64,000 bases of DNA. Source: Sedimentisphaerales bacterium. Lineage in GTDB: Bacteria > Planctomycetota > Phycisphaerae > Sedimentisphaerales > Anaerobacaceae. Where the stretch lies: the NCBI GenBank assembly GCA_963708075.1, contig OY970194.1, positions 6,432,001 through 6,496,000 of the forward strand, given 5' to 3'. The notes beneath the pieces are model-generated. The model did not search any database, was not told the DNA's origin, and was given only the letters and a program-made list of their open reading frames with translations. The stretch's first letter is position 1; every line of letters begins with the position of its first letter. The translations under genes were made by a program, and so were the position numbers. Shown here piece after piece: positions 1 to 8,661 of this stretch.

Positions 1-1755
1 GCCGCCCTTGAGGTAACGAGTGAAATGGATCAGCGATGGGGCGGGCACTTGATCCAGGTGTGTAAGCATGTCCCGGCACGTGCCGTCGAGAAAGACCAGC
101 ACCGACTGCTTGAACGCCGCCAGGGTAGCCGCGGACATCTTCGATTCGAGGGAGCGCGTGATCTGATTCGCCTGGCAATAGGCGTTCAAGCCGTCCGCCG
201 CCGAATGGCCCAGGATCAGGCGCACGACCGGCGATTGCCACTGACTGCCTCGACCGACGTAGGTCGCGAACGCTCGTTCGCAGTAGCCGCCGCGCTCATC
301 GCCGCCCCAGGCGAGTCTGCCCGGAACGAAGATGGCTGCCGGATTGCCGGCACCATCCCAGGGTTGCCACTGCATCGGCTGGACTCCGTAGATCGAGGCG
401 GAACCGGCGGACGCATCGAGATGCAGGAAGTCCGCGAAGGCGGGCGGGTATGGCGTCGCGTAGCTGTAGTACAAGGCGGGCCGCAGCTCGTAATAGAACG
501 GATAGCCGCCGACCTCGAACCAGTTGCCGCCGGCTCGCACGTATCGCCCAACGGCGGCCACTGTCCCCGGCATACCTGTCTCCTCGAGCACGGGGGCGAA
601 TTCTCCGTAGGGGTTGAGGATTGCGAGGAAGTCGGTGCCTGCGAGCGCATCGAGCATGGCGCGGGCGGTGCGGAGTTCGACCACCTGGAGCCCGGCTGCC
701 TGGATGGCGGTCGAAGCCATGAGCCGGTCCCGCCAGTCGGTCACCGGCACGACGGTCCAACTGCCTGTCCGAGGCCCATTCTCCAGTGCCACCAACCCGA
801 TTCTCGACCGGCCTGTCTGCGAGGTCGTGGCGAGGTGTTCAATGGCCGCGGTGACCAGGTCGATGGCCAGTTGCGCCTGGTCGGTCTCGACCCGGCCCCC
901 AATGCGGAAAAAAGAGCCTCGTCTGCCCAAAGGAGTGCCGTAGAAATACGGCCCGTTTGGCGAATCGACGAGCACCAGTTCCGCCTGGTCCCGTGGCGGC
1001 GGGCGATTGACGATGGCGAGCTTGCCATCCCATCTGCCGGCAAGCTCATCGCCCAGCCACGTGCGGCCGTCCGCCGTGACACTGACAGGCACGGGTGGGT
1101 CGTTGTCGGTCCGCATTACCAGGCCGGTCCCGAAGAGGCTGATGTAGCCGCTCGATCCCGCAACCTGAGTCCGCCAGCCTACCGGGTGGTCGGCAGGTTG
1201 ACGCTCGAAGAACGCGGGGCGGAACGCCGCGCCCACTGACTCACTCGCATGCAGCGGGCAAACCAGCCGCTCCATCTGATCGGGGGCAAAACGTAGACGC
1301 GAGGGAAGGGCAAACTCAAGCACGGTCTTGCTCACCGGCTCCACCTCCGCCGTGAAGTCCAGGCCATCCGCACGCTCCGTGACAGTGACCGTCACCGCAA
1401 TATCGGCGCTGCTATAGCTCAGACGCAAAGTCTCGTCAGCGGTGTCTGCGGACCAGCGGAACTTCCGTGTCACCGAGTCGGCCGCGAAATCCGCCGCATT
1501 GACGTCGCCTCCTTCTTTATAGACCGCCTTCCATAAACCCTCTTCGCCGCTTTGAAGGATGCTGCTGCTCTTGCCATGCATCGTGACCGAGCGTATGGCT
1601 CCATTGACATCGTTGAACACAACGGCAAAGGCCTCGCCGGAAAACACGATCTCGCCCCCGCGATGCTCGACGGCGCCGGCGAAGGATGGAATACCTGTCA
1701 GCAGCAGCAGGACAATCACGACAACTCGTCCTGTGTCCCACCATAGGCATCTCAT
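1..1755 (-). CDS. Large secreted protein, probably carbohydrate-active (DUF6259-like); runs off the left edge
   Basis: Absent from the ORF track because there is no stop in the window. Manual translation from ATG 1755 gives MRCLWWDTGRVVVIVLLLLTGIPSFAGA (signal-peptide-like) and stays open to base 1 (...PSLIHFTRYLKGG). Family assignment is from memory. Confidence 0.75.
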   Translation of the reverse strand, partial: MRCLWWDTGRVVVIVLLLLTGIPSFAGAVEHRGGEIVFSGEAFAVVFNDVNGAIRSVTMHGKSSSILQSGEEGLWKAVYKEGGDVNAADFAADSVTRKFRWSADTADETLRLSYSSADIAVTVTVTERADGLDFTAEVEPVSKTVLEFALPSRLRFAPDQMERLVCPLHASESVGAAFRPAFFERQPADHPVGWRTQVAGSSGYISLFGTGLVMRTDNDPPVPVSVTADGRTWLGDELAGRWDGKLAIVNRPPPRDQAELVLVDSPNGPYFYGTPLGRRGSFFRIGGRVETDQAQLAIDLVTAAIEHLATTSQTGRSRIGLVALENGPRTGSWTVVPVTDWRDRLMASTAIQAAGLQVVELRTARAMLDALAGTDFLAILNPYGEFAPVLEETGMPGTVAAVGRYVRAGGNWFEVGGYPFYYELRPALYYSYATPYPPAFADFLHLDASAGSASIYGVQPMQWQPWDGAGNPAAIFVPGRLAWGGDERGGYCERAFATYVGRGSQWQSPVVRLILGHSAADGLNAYCQANQITRSLESKMSAATLAAFKQSVLVFLDGTCRDMLTHLDQVPAPSLIHFTRYLKGG

Positions 1756-2081
1756 CTTCCGGAATATCTTGGCGGTGTCGAGGGTGTTAGCATCGTGTCG
1801 CAGGTGGAAGGCTTTCCCGATGGGGGCTGGCCCGGGCACGTTTCTGTATACTCGTAGTTCCGGTTTTGCGTTCATGCCTTGATTGTAGCCTCGGCGAGGC
1901 ACAACATCAATCTAAGGCAGGGGCGGTAGCTGAATTGCACGTCCTTCGTGGGGGTGTGATACATCCTGGCTTGAAGGCCTTCTCGCTCAGCGCGGATCCT
2001 GCGTGCTCGACCTGCGATTTGAAACTGTCCGGCACGTTCGGGGCCTCGCTGCCCACCACTTGCCGCCATCCTGTGTGGAGT

Positions 2082-2114
2082 AAGAAAAAGGCCCCGCCAT
2101 TGCCGCAGGGCCTT
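2082..2114 (-). terminator. Intrinsic terminator of cspA
   Basis: Minus strand AAGGCCCTGC-GGCAATG-GCGGGGCCTT-TTTCTT: 10-bp stem with one G-U pair, then a U tract, 23 nt after the stop. Confidence 0.75.
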
Positions 2115-2137
2115 CCTATATTCAGATTCTCTTGGGC

Positions 2138-2341
2138 TTAGCTCGGGGTGACGTTGGTCGCGCACGGGCCTCTTTTGCCCTGCCCGACTTCAAAGTCGAC
2201 CGCCTGGCCCTCCGTGAGCGAGGCGTAGCCTTCAGTTTTGATCTGCGAGTGGTGGACGAACAAATCTGCGCCGCCGCCAGACGGACTGATGAAGCCGAAT
2301 CCCTTGCCTTCATTGAACCATTTCACTGTACCTTTTGCCAC
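2138..2341 (-). CDS. cspA: Cold-shock protein
   Basis: GTG start after [22 protein letters not shown] (RNP1), DLFVHHS (RNP2). Confidence 0.95.
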   Translation of the reverse strand: MAKGTVKWFNEGKGFGFISPSGGGADLFVHHSQIKTEGYASLTEGQAVDFEVGQGKRGPCATNVTPS

Positions 2342-2452
2342 GTGTTCTTCTCCTGAGGCCAATCCGGCCTGCAAACGTACTTTCCCTCGTGTTGTCGATC
2401 AGGGGTAAACTCCGAGGGAGGAAAGCATACTCCTTCATAAGACCTGCGTGCT

Positions 2453-2480
2453 ATTATCAGTCCGCCCTGAAATATGTCAA
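2453..2480 (-). promoter_or_regulatory. Sigma70-type promoter of cspA
   Basis: TTGACA-16 nt-GATAAT, giving a leader of about 105 nt. Confidence 0.65.
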
Positions 2481-2771
2481 CAAAATAAATCGCAAAAATA
2501 CAGAATATTCGTGATCTTCCCCGGCCGGCCCCCCTTTTCCTGTCCACCGGCTCCGCGCAGGAGCGAACGGCTGTCACTGTGCTGCCGGGGCGGCGGTGCT
2601 TTCCTGTGCGGAGGCCTTGACTTCCTCCGGGGAACTGAGGGCATAGTCGATCATCTTCCTCGCGATTATACGATACCTGCGAAACACGTCAGGTAGTCCG
2701 CCGCCTTGTGAGGGTCGCTCGGTGAACTCTACGGGAGAACCGGCAGGGCGGCCACCGGAGAATCCGCGTGA

Positions 2772-3143
2772 TCAGTAGTTGTCTTCCGGCGTAAGCTCCA
2801 TAATGGCCGCCTTGCGGGTGTCATACGTGTCGAACTCGTCGTCGAGGCGCACACATTGGAGTTGCCATTTGAGATGGGGGGACACGCCGCACAAGACAAG
2901 GCGGTAACTCGACTCCTCGACCAGTCTTTGCAGATCCATCATGAGCCCATAGCTTGCGGTTTCCAGATTCGCCAGGTCGGTAAGATCCAGGACAACATGA
3001 GAATCCATATACTCGTCGCAGAGCCACTGAAGGTCGCCTTGCAGGCCATCCGCAGGCTCCTCACGAAGCCATACTTTGAAAGCGGAAGGCCCGTCTGCAA
3101 TCGTGACCACAATAACATCCAGAGAATACATTTCGACGGACAT
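2772..3143 (-). CDS. STAS-domain protein (anti-sigma antagonist-like)
   Basis: VVLDLTDLANL...RLVLCGVSPHLKWQLQCVRLDDEF pattern. Confidence 0.8.
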   Translation of the reverse strand: MSVEMYSLDVIVVTIADGPSAFKVWLREEPADGLQGDLQWLCDEYMDSHVVLDLTDLANLETASYGLMMDLQRLVEESSYRLVLCGVSPHLKWQLQCVRLDDEFDTYDTRKAAIMELTPEDNY

Positions 3144-3592
3144 AGTCGGCGATCCTTCCGTTCATGGAGACAAAAACAAGCGTCCTCGGTGGTCCCTGCC
3201 GCCGGCGTTCCTTGCCGCGACCGCGCAGAGGAGTCGAATTGTGCGCTCCGCCAGTTCCTCCGGGCACCGCTCCGGATGCAAGCCATGGAGAAGCCCAAGA
3301 GCGGCCTGCTCTGTAGACGTCAGGCCGGCAAAACGGTCACATGGCAGTCTTTCTCTGTTCGTGATGTAAGAAATCATGAGGTCCCTCGCATCTCCGGAGA
3401 GCGCTTGCTCGTATTGTGAGATCGGTTATTCATCACATGAGAATCCTTTCTGTGGCGTGTGCATGAACCATTATACCTGGAATGGGGGCGAGGTGTTTGT
3501 AAATAATCGATTTATCTTGGCCTTTTCGGCATTTTCCGCCAAGGATGGGATACGCCAGTTGAAAATATAGTGGAGGCGGAAAAGAAAAGAAC

Positions 3593-3620
3593 TTGCGTGG
3601 ACGCCGGAGGGCAGTATGAT
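3593..3620 (+). promoter_or_regulatory. Putative sigma70 promoter of the RRM gene
   Basis: TTGCGT-16 nt-TATGAT after an A-rich tract. Confidence 0.45.
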
Positions 3621-3793
3621 GGTAGTCATTGACTGTTATTCTGAACTTGGGATGATCGCCTGATGAAGCCTTGAAGCAACACTATTTGCAGTCGACAGCA
3701 TCGCCGGCCTCAAGACCCATCTCCCGCATCATTTCTCTTTGCGTATCACGCCTTTCACATACAGGGGTCCGATGGTAATGAAATGGGCACGGA

Positions 3794-4120
3794 ATGGATA
3801 TCTATGTGGGCAACCTGTCGAGTAATGTCACGGAGAGCGATCTTCGCGAGCTGTTCGAGTTGTTTGGCCGGGTGGAAAGAACGAACGTGGTAAAGCATTG
3901 TCATGGCAATGAATCCAGGAGATTTGGATTTGTGGGTATGCCGGCCAGAAGCGAGGCCATCTTCGCCGTTCTCAATGTCCATGGCAGGAACTTGAAAGGC
4001 CTCGCGATCACGGCCAACGAGGTCCACCCGAGGGATCCCGTTTCCGGGGCCTGCCGCGTTCGCTGCCACTGCCGCGACGCGAAATCAGCGACTGCATGTG
4101 CTCACCCCATCTTTCAGTAA
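3794..4120 (+). CDS. RRM RNA-binding protein
   Basis: RNP2 IYVGNL, RNP1 RRFGFVGM; Cys-rich tail. Confidence 0.9.
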   Translation: MDIYVGNLSSNVTESDLRELFELFGRVERTNVVKHCHGNESRRFGFVGMPARSEAIFAVLNVHGRNLKGLAITANEVHPRDPVSGACRVRCHCRDAKSATACAHPIFQ

Positions 4121-4138
4121 TGGGGGGAGGAGACACAA

Positions 4139-4765
4139 ATGATTCTTAGCTTTTTCACCAGGCAGTTCAATTTCTTCGATCGGTTTGAAGAACAGGTGGC
4201 TCATGCGGTGGAGGCGGCACGCTTTTTCAAGGAGGTGGTGGCCCAGGATCGCGTGAGTGAGGAAATGCTGAGCAAGATGGCCGAGATCGAGCATCAGGGG
4301 GACAATGCGGCGCACACGATCATCGAGCAGTTGAACCGAACGTTCATCACGCCGTTTGATCGGGAGGATATCCATGCTCTGGCGATGGAACTCGATGACA
4401 TCACGGACATGATCAATAACATCGTGAGCCGGCTCAGGGTTTACAATATCATCGGCGTGGACAGGAACATGGTGGAGTTCGCCGCCGTGATTGAACAGTC
4501 GGTGCAGGCGGTGGCCAAAGCCGTCGGTGGGCTGCGGCATATCAAAAACGTCCGGGTGGTCTTCGACGCCTGCGTGGAGGTCAACCGCCTGGAGAACGTC
4601 GGCGATGTGATGCGCGACCGGGTGCTGGCGGAGCTCTTTGCGACCACGAAGGACCCGATCGCCGTGCTCAAATGGAAGGACCTTTATCAAGACGCCGAAA
4701 CCGTGCTGGACGTCTGCGAAGACGTAGTCCACGTCGTTGATTCCATCATGGTCAAACAAGCATGA
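4139..4765 (+). CDS. DUF47 / PhoU-like phosphate transport regulator
   Basis: EHQGD...LNRTFITPFDREDIH..LDD and LENVGD motifs; strong RBS GGAGGAG. Confidence 0.9.
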   Translation: MILSFFTRQFNFFDRFEEQVAHAVEAARFFKEVVAQDRVSEEMLSKMAEIEHQGDNAAHTIIEQLNRTFITPFDREDIHALAMELDDITDMINNIVSRLRVYNIIGVDRNMVEFAAVIEQSVQAVAKAVGGLRHIKNVRVVFDACVEVNRLENVGDVMRDRVLAELFATTKDPIAVLKWKDLYQDAETVLDVCEDVVHVVDSIMVKQA

Positions 4766-4926
4766 GCAAGCGTTTCGTCGTGCGGGCGTATGGCTGGAAC
4801 CAGGGGTCGTCCTGGATTGCTTTCAGGCACTCTTTGAGAGACAGGCCATGACAGATCCCCATCCACTCGCCCGCGTGCCTCAGCCAAGCGAGGTTGGAAC
4901 GGTTGGGGCTGCGGCACTCTATGCGG

Positions 4927-5338
4927 TTACTTCTTGTACGCGGCTTTGGGGTCGTAGACCTTTTGGGCGATGGGTGCGAGGGCGGTCTTGCTGTGGGGTT
5001 TCAGGGCCCGGTAGAAGCAGGACTGGTAGCCGACGTGGCACTGGCCTTGATCGACGGAGACTTTCAAGATCAGGCAGTCCTGGTCGCAGTCGACGAGGAT
5101 CTGGTGCACGGTCTGGACGTGGCCGCTTTCTTCGCCCTTCATCCAGAGCTTGCCTCGGGAGCGGCTGAAGTAGGTGGCCCGGCCGGTTCTCGATCGTGCG
5201 GTCGAGGGCCTCGCGATTCATCCAGGCGACCATGAGAACCTGACCGCTCTCGGCGTCCTGAGCGATGGCCGGGATCAGCCCCTGGGCGTCAAACTTCGGC
5301 GTAAACTGCAAACCTTCTTCTACCTGCTTCGATTCCAC
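4927..5338 (-). CDS. hisI: Phosphoribosyl-AMP cyclohydrolase; apparent +1 frameshift at 5185-5191
   Basis: [17 protein letters not shown] joins [36 protein letters not shown] after removing one base. Confidence 0.9.
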
Positions 5339-5436
5339 CAGGATTCACCTCAGATCGAATTCCTTGTCGATAACACCTTGTCAGACCATGTTTTAGCAGC
5401 TATATTTTGGGTGGACAAGCCCTTTTTTGGAGATCG

Positions 5437-6462
5437 ATGTTGTCGAAGGCCCAGGACGCCGGAAGGACCCGATATCTATCGCTGGCTGCTCGCATTATCG
5501 TTGCGGTGGTTGCGGTCGGCTGGGTCCTTCATGGCCAGGATTGGGCGAAACTGGGGCATGTGTTCCGGCGGCTGAACCTGTGGTACTTTGCGCTGGGTCT
5601 GACGGCTTTCACCGTTAATCAGTTGATCATTGCGTTTCGCTGGTGGCTGCTGCTGCGGGCCCAGGAGATCCATATCGCGGCGGGCCCTACTGTCCGCCTG
5701 CATTTTCTGGGACTTTTTTACAACAATGTCATGCCCGGAGCGATAGGGGGGGATTTGCTGAAGGCCTGGTACGTAACCAAGCACACGGACAAGCGTCTGG
5801 CGGGAGCGCTCAGCGTGGTTGTGGACCGCGTTATCGGACTGGTCGGGCTGGTCTTTATGGCGGTCTTCGCGTATCTCTTGTTTGTGCATCATCCCCTTGG
5901 CAGGCCGGGCGAGGCCAAGCCGGGGGGGGCAGGGGCGTGGCTTGGGCAGCACAAGAACCTCATCTTCTGGGTTTTCGTAGGAATTGTGGCCGTGCTGGTG
6001 ATTGTGTTTGTGCAACCGTATGGCCGGGCGAGGATCAGGCAGACGCTGAGGCGGGCGCTGCATCGGGGCGCCGATCTCCTGCGGGGAGCGAAGGATGCCG
6101 CCCTCGTCTATTGCTGCAAACCCCTGACGATACTTTGGACGATGCTGTTGACGTTTGCCGCCCAGAGCATCGTAATTGTCGCGTTTTGGCTACTGGGCGG
6201 CAATCTGGGGATCGATGCCACCCTGACGCACTACTTCGTCATCTTCCCGGTGACGTGGGTGGTTGGGGCGTTGCCGATCAGCGTCGCTGGGCTCGGCGTG
6301 GTCGAAGCTTCGACCGTCGAGTTGTTCGTCCGCATGACGGGTACGCCCGAAGAGAGTGCTTTCGCGTTGGTGCTTTGCCAGCGACTCATCTGGGTTGTGG
6401 CCTCCCTGCCGGGAGCGGTGGTGCATCTGCTTGGCGCCCATCTGCCGGGAGATTTGTGTTGA
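5437..6462 (+). CDS. Lysylphosphatidylglycerol synthase TM-domain (flippase-like) membrane protein
   Basis: RWWLLL, FYNNVMPGAIGGD, VVVDR and LPISVAGLGVVE motifs; multiple TM segments. Confidence 0.85.
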   Translation: MLSKAQDAGRTRYLSLAARIIVAVVAVGWVLHGQDWAKLGHVFRRLNLWYFALGLTAFTVNQLIIAFRWWLLLRAQEIHIAAGPTVRLHFLGLFYNNVMPGAIGGDLLKAWYVTKHTDKRLAGALSVVVDRVIGLVGLVFMAVFAYLLFVHHPLGRPGEAKPGGAGAWLGQHKNLIFWVFVGIVAVLVIVFVQPYGRARIRQTLRRALHRGADLLRGAKDAALVYCCKPLTILWTMLLTFAAQSIVIVAFWLLGGNLGIDATLTHYFVIFPVTWVVGALPISVAGLGVVEASTVELFVRMTGTPEESAFALVLCQRLIWVVASLPGAVVHLLGAHLPGDLC

Positions 6463-6572
6463 CGGAGAAATTTGCGCAAGTTAAGTTACACACGTCGGAT
6501 AGGGACATGGTGGCCGGGGGGCGAACAGTGGTAAAGGACCGTTCGCCGGTGCCAGTAAAGGGCTATTACTGA

Positions 6573-7322
6573 GTGATAAACGTTACGCGTCGCTTTAAGA
6601 GCTACTTCCTGCGTGGCTTGGCGGTCTTGTTGCCGACGATGCTGACCATCTGGATCCTGGCGTGGGGCTACGGTCTGATCCAACGCAACGTCAGCAGCCA
6701 CATCAACACAGGCATCGTCAAGGCGCAGAAGTGGGTTTGGGCTCAGAGGCACGAGGGGATCTCCCAGGACGCGATCGATAAGTACGAAGAAAAGCTCAAC
6801 GAAAGATTCGTCAAGGGTTTTGCCGGCTCGGTTGTAGGCCTGCTGATCGCCATGCTGGCGGTCGTTTTGGTCGGGGCGCTTCTGGCCAGTGTGATGGGCA
6901 GGGCTCTGTGGGGCATCATTGAGGCATCGATCATGAATACGCCGGTCATACGGCGGGTGTATCCCTACGTCAAGCAGGTGACCGACTTCGTGTTGCCGCC
7001 CGAAGACCAGAAGCGGATGTTCTCGCAAGTGGTGGCGGTGGAGTACCCTCGCCCGGGACTCTGGGCCGTCGGGTTCGTCACCGGCTCGGGCTTGCGGAGA
7101 ATCTCCGAGAGCGAGCAGCAGGAGTTCCTGACGGTGCTGATCTCGACCTGCCCGACGCCTATCACCGGGCCCATCGTGGTTGTGCCCAAGGAGCAGGCGG
7201 TCCTGCTGGATATGACAGTCGAGGAAGCGGTTCGATTCGTCGTCAGTGCCGGCGTGGTCGTGCCGGACGGCGAGCATGTGATGGCTTTGCCCGCGGCTGT
7301 CGTCGAGCAGGAGAAACAGTGA
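6573..7322 (+). CDS. DUF502 membrane protein
   Basis: FLRGLAVLLP, VEYPRPG.WAVGFVT, TCPTPITG, MTVEEAVRFVVSAG. Confidence 0.9.
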   Translation: MINVTRRFKSYFLRGLAVLLPTMLTIWILAWGYGLIQRNVSSHINTGIVKAQKWVWAQRHEGISQDAIDKYEEKLNERFVKGFAGSVVGLLIAMLAVVLVGALLASVMGRALWGIIEASIMNTPVIRRVYPYVKQVTDFVLPPEDQKRMFSQVVAVEYPRPGLWAVGFVTGSGLRRISESEQQEFLTVLISTCPTPITGPIVVVPKEQAVLLDMTVEEAVRFVVSAGVVVPDGEHVMALPAAVVEQEKQ

Positions 7323-7355
7323 ACGTGCGATTATACTTGTTTAAGGAGACCCATC

Positions 7356-7679
7356 TTGCTTTTTACCATCACGGGTAAACACGTCAGTATCAGCGACGAC
7401 CTCCGAACCCGGGCCGAGGAAAAGACCTCGAAACTCCCGAGGTACTACAGCGGCATCAACCAGGTGGAGGTCATCGTGAACGGCAACGAGGGGGGCAAGA
7501 CAAGCGTGGAGGTGATCGCCCGTGGAGAGCACGGGAACGTCTTCGTGGCCACCGAGAAAGGCGATGGTGCTCTTCAGTGCATCGACTTGGCCGTACACAA
7601 GCTGGAGCAGCAGTTGCACAAGAAGAAGACGAAGGAACGAGACAACAAACACGTGGGCGGACGGGGGGCCGCCGAGTGA
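7356..7679 (+). CDS. hpf: Ribosome hibernation factor HPF/RaiA
   Basis: ITGKHVSIS..LR...EEK...IDLAVHKLEQQL; TTG start after AAGGAG. Confidence 0.9.
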   Translation: MLFTITGKHVSISDDLRTRAEEKTSKLPRYYSGINQVEVIVNGNEGGKTSVEVIARGEHGNVFVATEKGDGALQCIDLAVHKLEQQLHKKKTKERDNKHVGGRGAAE

Positions 7680-7752
7680 AGTGATTTCGCCGGGTGGGCC
7701 GGTAGCGCCTCGATCCCGGAAAGAGAAGGAAAGAAACAACCGGACGTTAAGG

Positions 7753-8226
7753 ATGAAATTCAAAGACTTTATCTGTTTCAAGGCGACCATCCCTGTGCTG
7801 AAGACCGCGGATCGGGACGGGGCGATCGGTGAGTTGATTTCCGCGCTCGTTGCTGCCGGCAAGCTGACGGCGGCGCAGGCCAAGGAGGTCACCAAGGCCG
7901 TGATCAAGCGGGAGAACGAGGCCAGCACCGGCATGGGCAAAGGCGTGGCCGTGCCGCACGTCAAGCACGCGGCCGCCAAGCAGGTCATCGGCGCCGTCGG
8001 TTTCAGTGCCGAGGGAATCGATTTCTCCGCGCTCGATGAACAGCCGGTCTACTCCGTGATCCTGCTGATCAGTCCCGTGGACAATCCCGACAAGCACCTG
8101 CAGGCAATGGAGAACGTGTTCAAACACCTCCAGAAGGAAAGATTCCGCAAGTTCCTGCGGCAATGTCGGACGCCCGAGGAGCTGGAGGACCTGCTGAACG
8201 AGGCCGATGAGAAGCCCTCATGGTGA
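7753..8226 (+). CDS. ptsN: PTS EIIA (Fru/Ntr type)
   Basis: RENEASTGMGKGVAVPH (phospho-His), IDFSALD, HLQA. Confidence 0.85.
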   Translation: MKFKDFICFKATIPVLKTADRDGAIGELISALVAAGKLTAAQAKEVTKAVIKRENEASTGMGKGVAVPHVKHAAAKQVIGAVGFSAEGIDFSALDEQPVYSVILLISPVDNPDKHLQAMENVFKHLQKERFRKFLRQCRTPEELEDLLNEADEKPSW

Positions 8227-8576
8227 TCCTGGCCGCGCGGAATGCAAAGCCTGGGATACACGCGGGAGACGGTACGTTGGGAAAACCGGTTTGCGAGAGG
8301 ATCGTTGAGATCAAGAACGCCGAGGGCCTTCACATGCGCCCTGCGCTGAAGTTCATCGACATCGCGAACCGGTACGGCTGCGACATCCGGGTCAGCAATG
8401 ACAAGATGACGGCCGACGGCAAAAGCATTATGGAGATGAGCATGCTGGCGGCGACCTACGGGACGCATCTGACGATCCGGGCCGAGGGCCCTGACGCCGA
8501 GCGGGCCGTCGGCGAATTGCAGGAGCTTGTCGAAGTCCGCATGTTCGACGAGCCGCCTCCGGAAGGTAAGAGGTGA
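8220..8576 (+). CDS. ptsH: HPr/NPr phosphocarrier
   Basis: GLHMRPA (His15) and DGKSIM (Ser46). Confidence 0.9.
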   Translation: MVILAARNAKPGIHAGDGTLGKPVCERIVEIKNAEGLHMRPALKFIDIANRYGCDIRVSNDKMTADGKSIMEMSMLAATYGTHLTIRAEGPDAERAVGELQELVEVRMFDEPPPEGKR

Positions 8577-8661
8577 GGTTCGGGAGAACAGACATTAGGC
8601 TCGCATTACTCCGGGAAATCCCAAAAACGATTTCCCTGGGGACGTGGCCTTGTTGGTGTGC

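Noticed and set aside
25..1239. 404-aa plus-strand ORF
   Set aside because: Antisense shadow of the 1-1755 minus-strand gene; Arg-rich with no motifs.
1876..1918. Imperfect hairpin GCCTTGATTG...CAATCTAAGGC
   Set aside because: Single occurrence with several bulges and no recognisable RNA family.
2574..2690. Short minus-strand ORF (MIDYALSSPEEVKASAQESTAAPAAQ) upstream of cspA
   Set aside because: Protein-like but very short, with no recognisable motif; cannot be supported.
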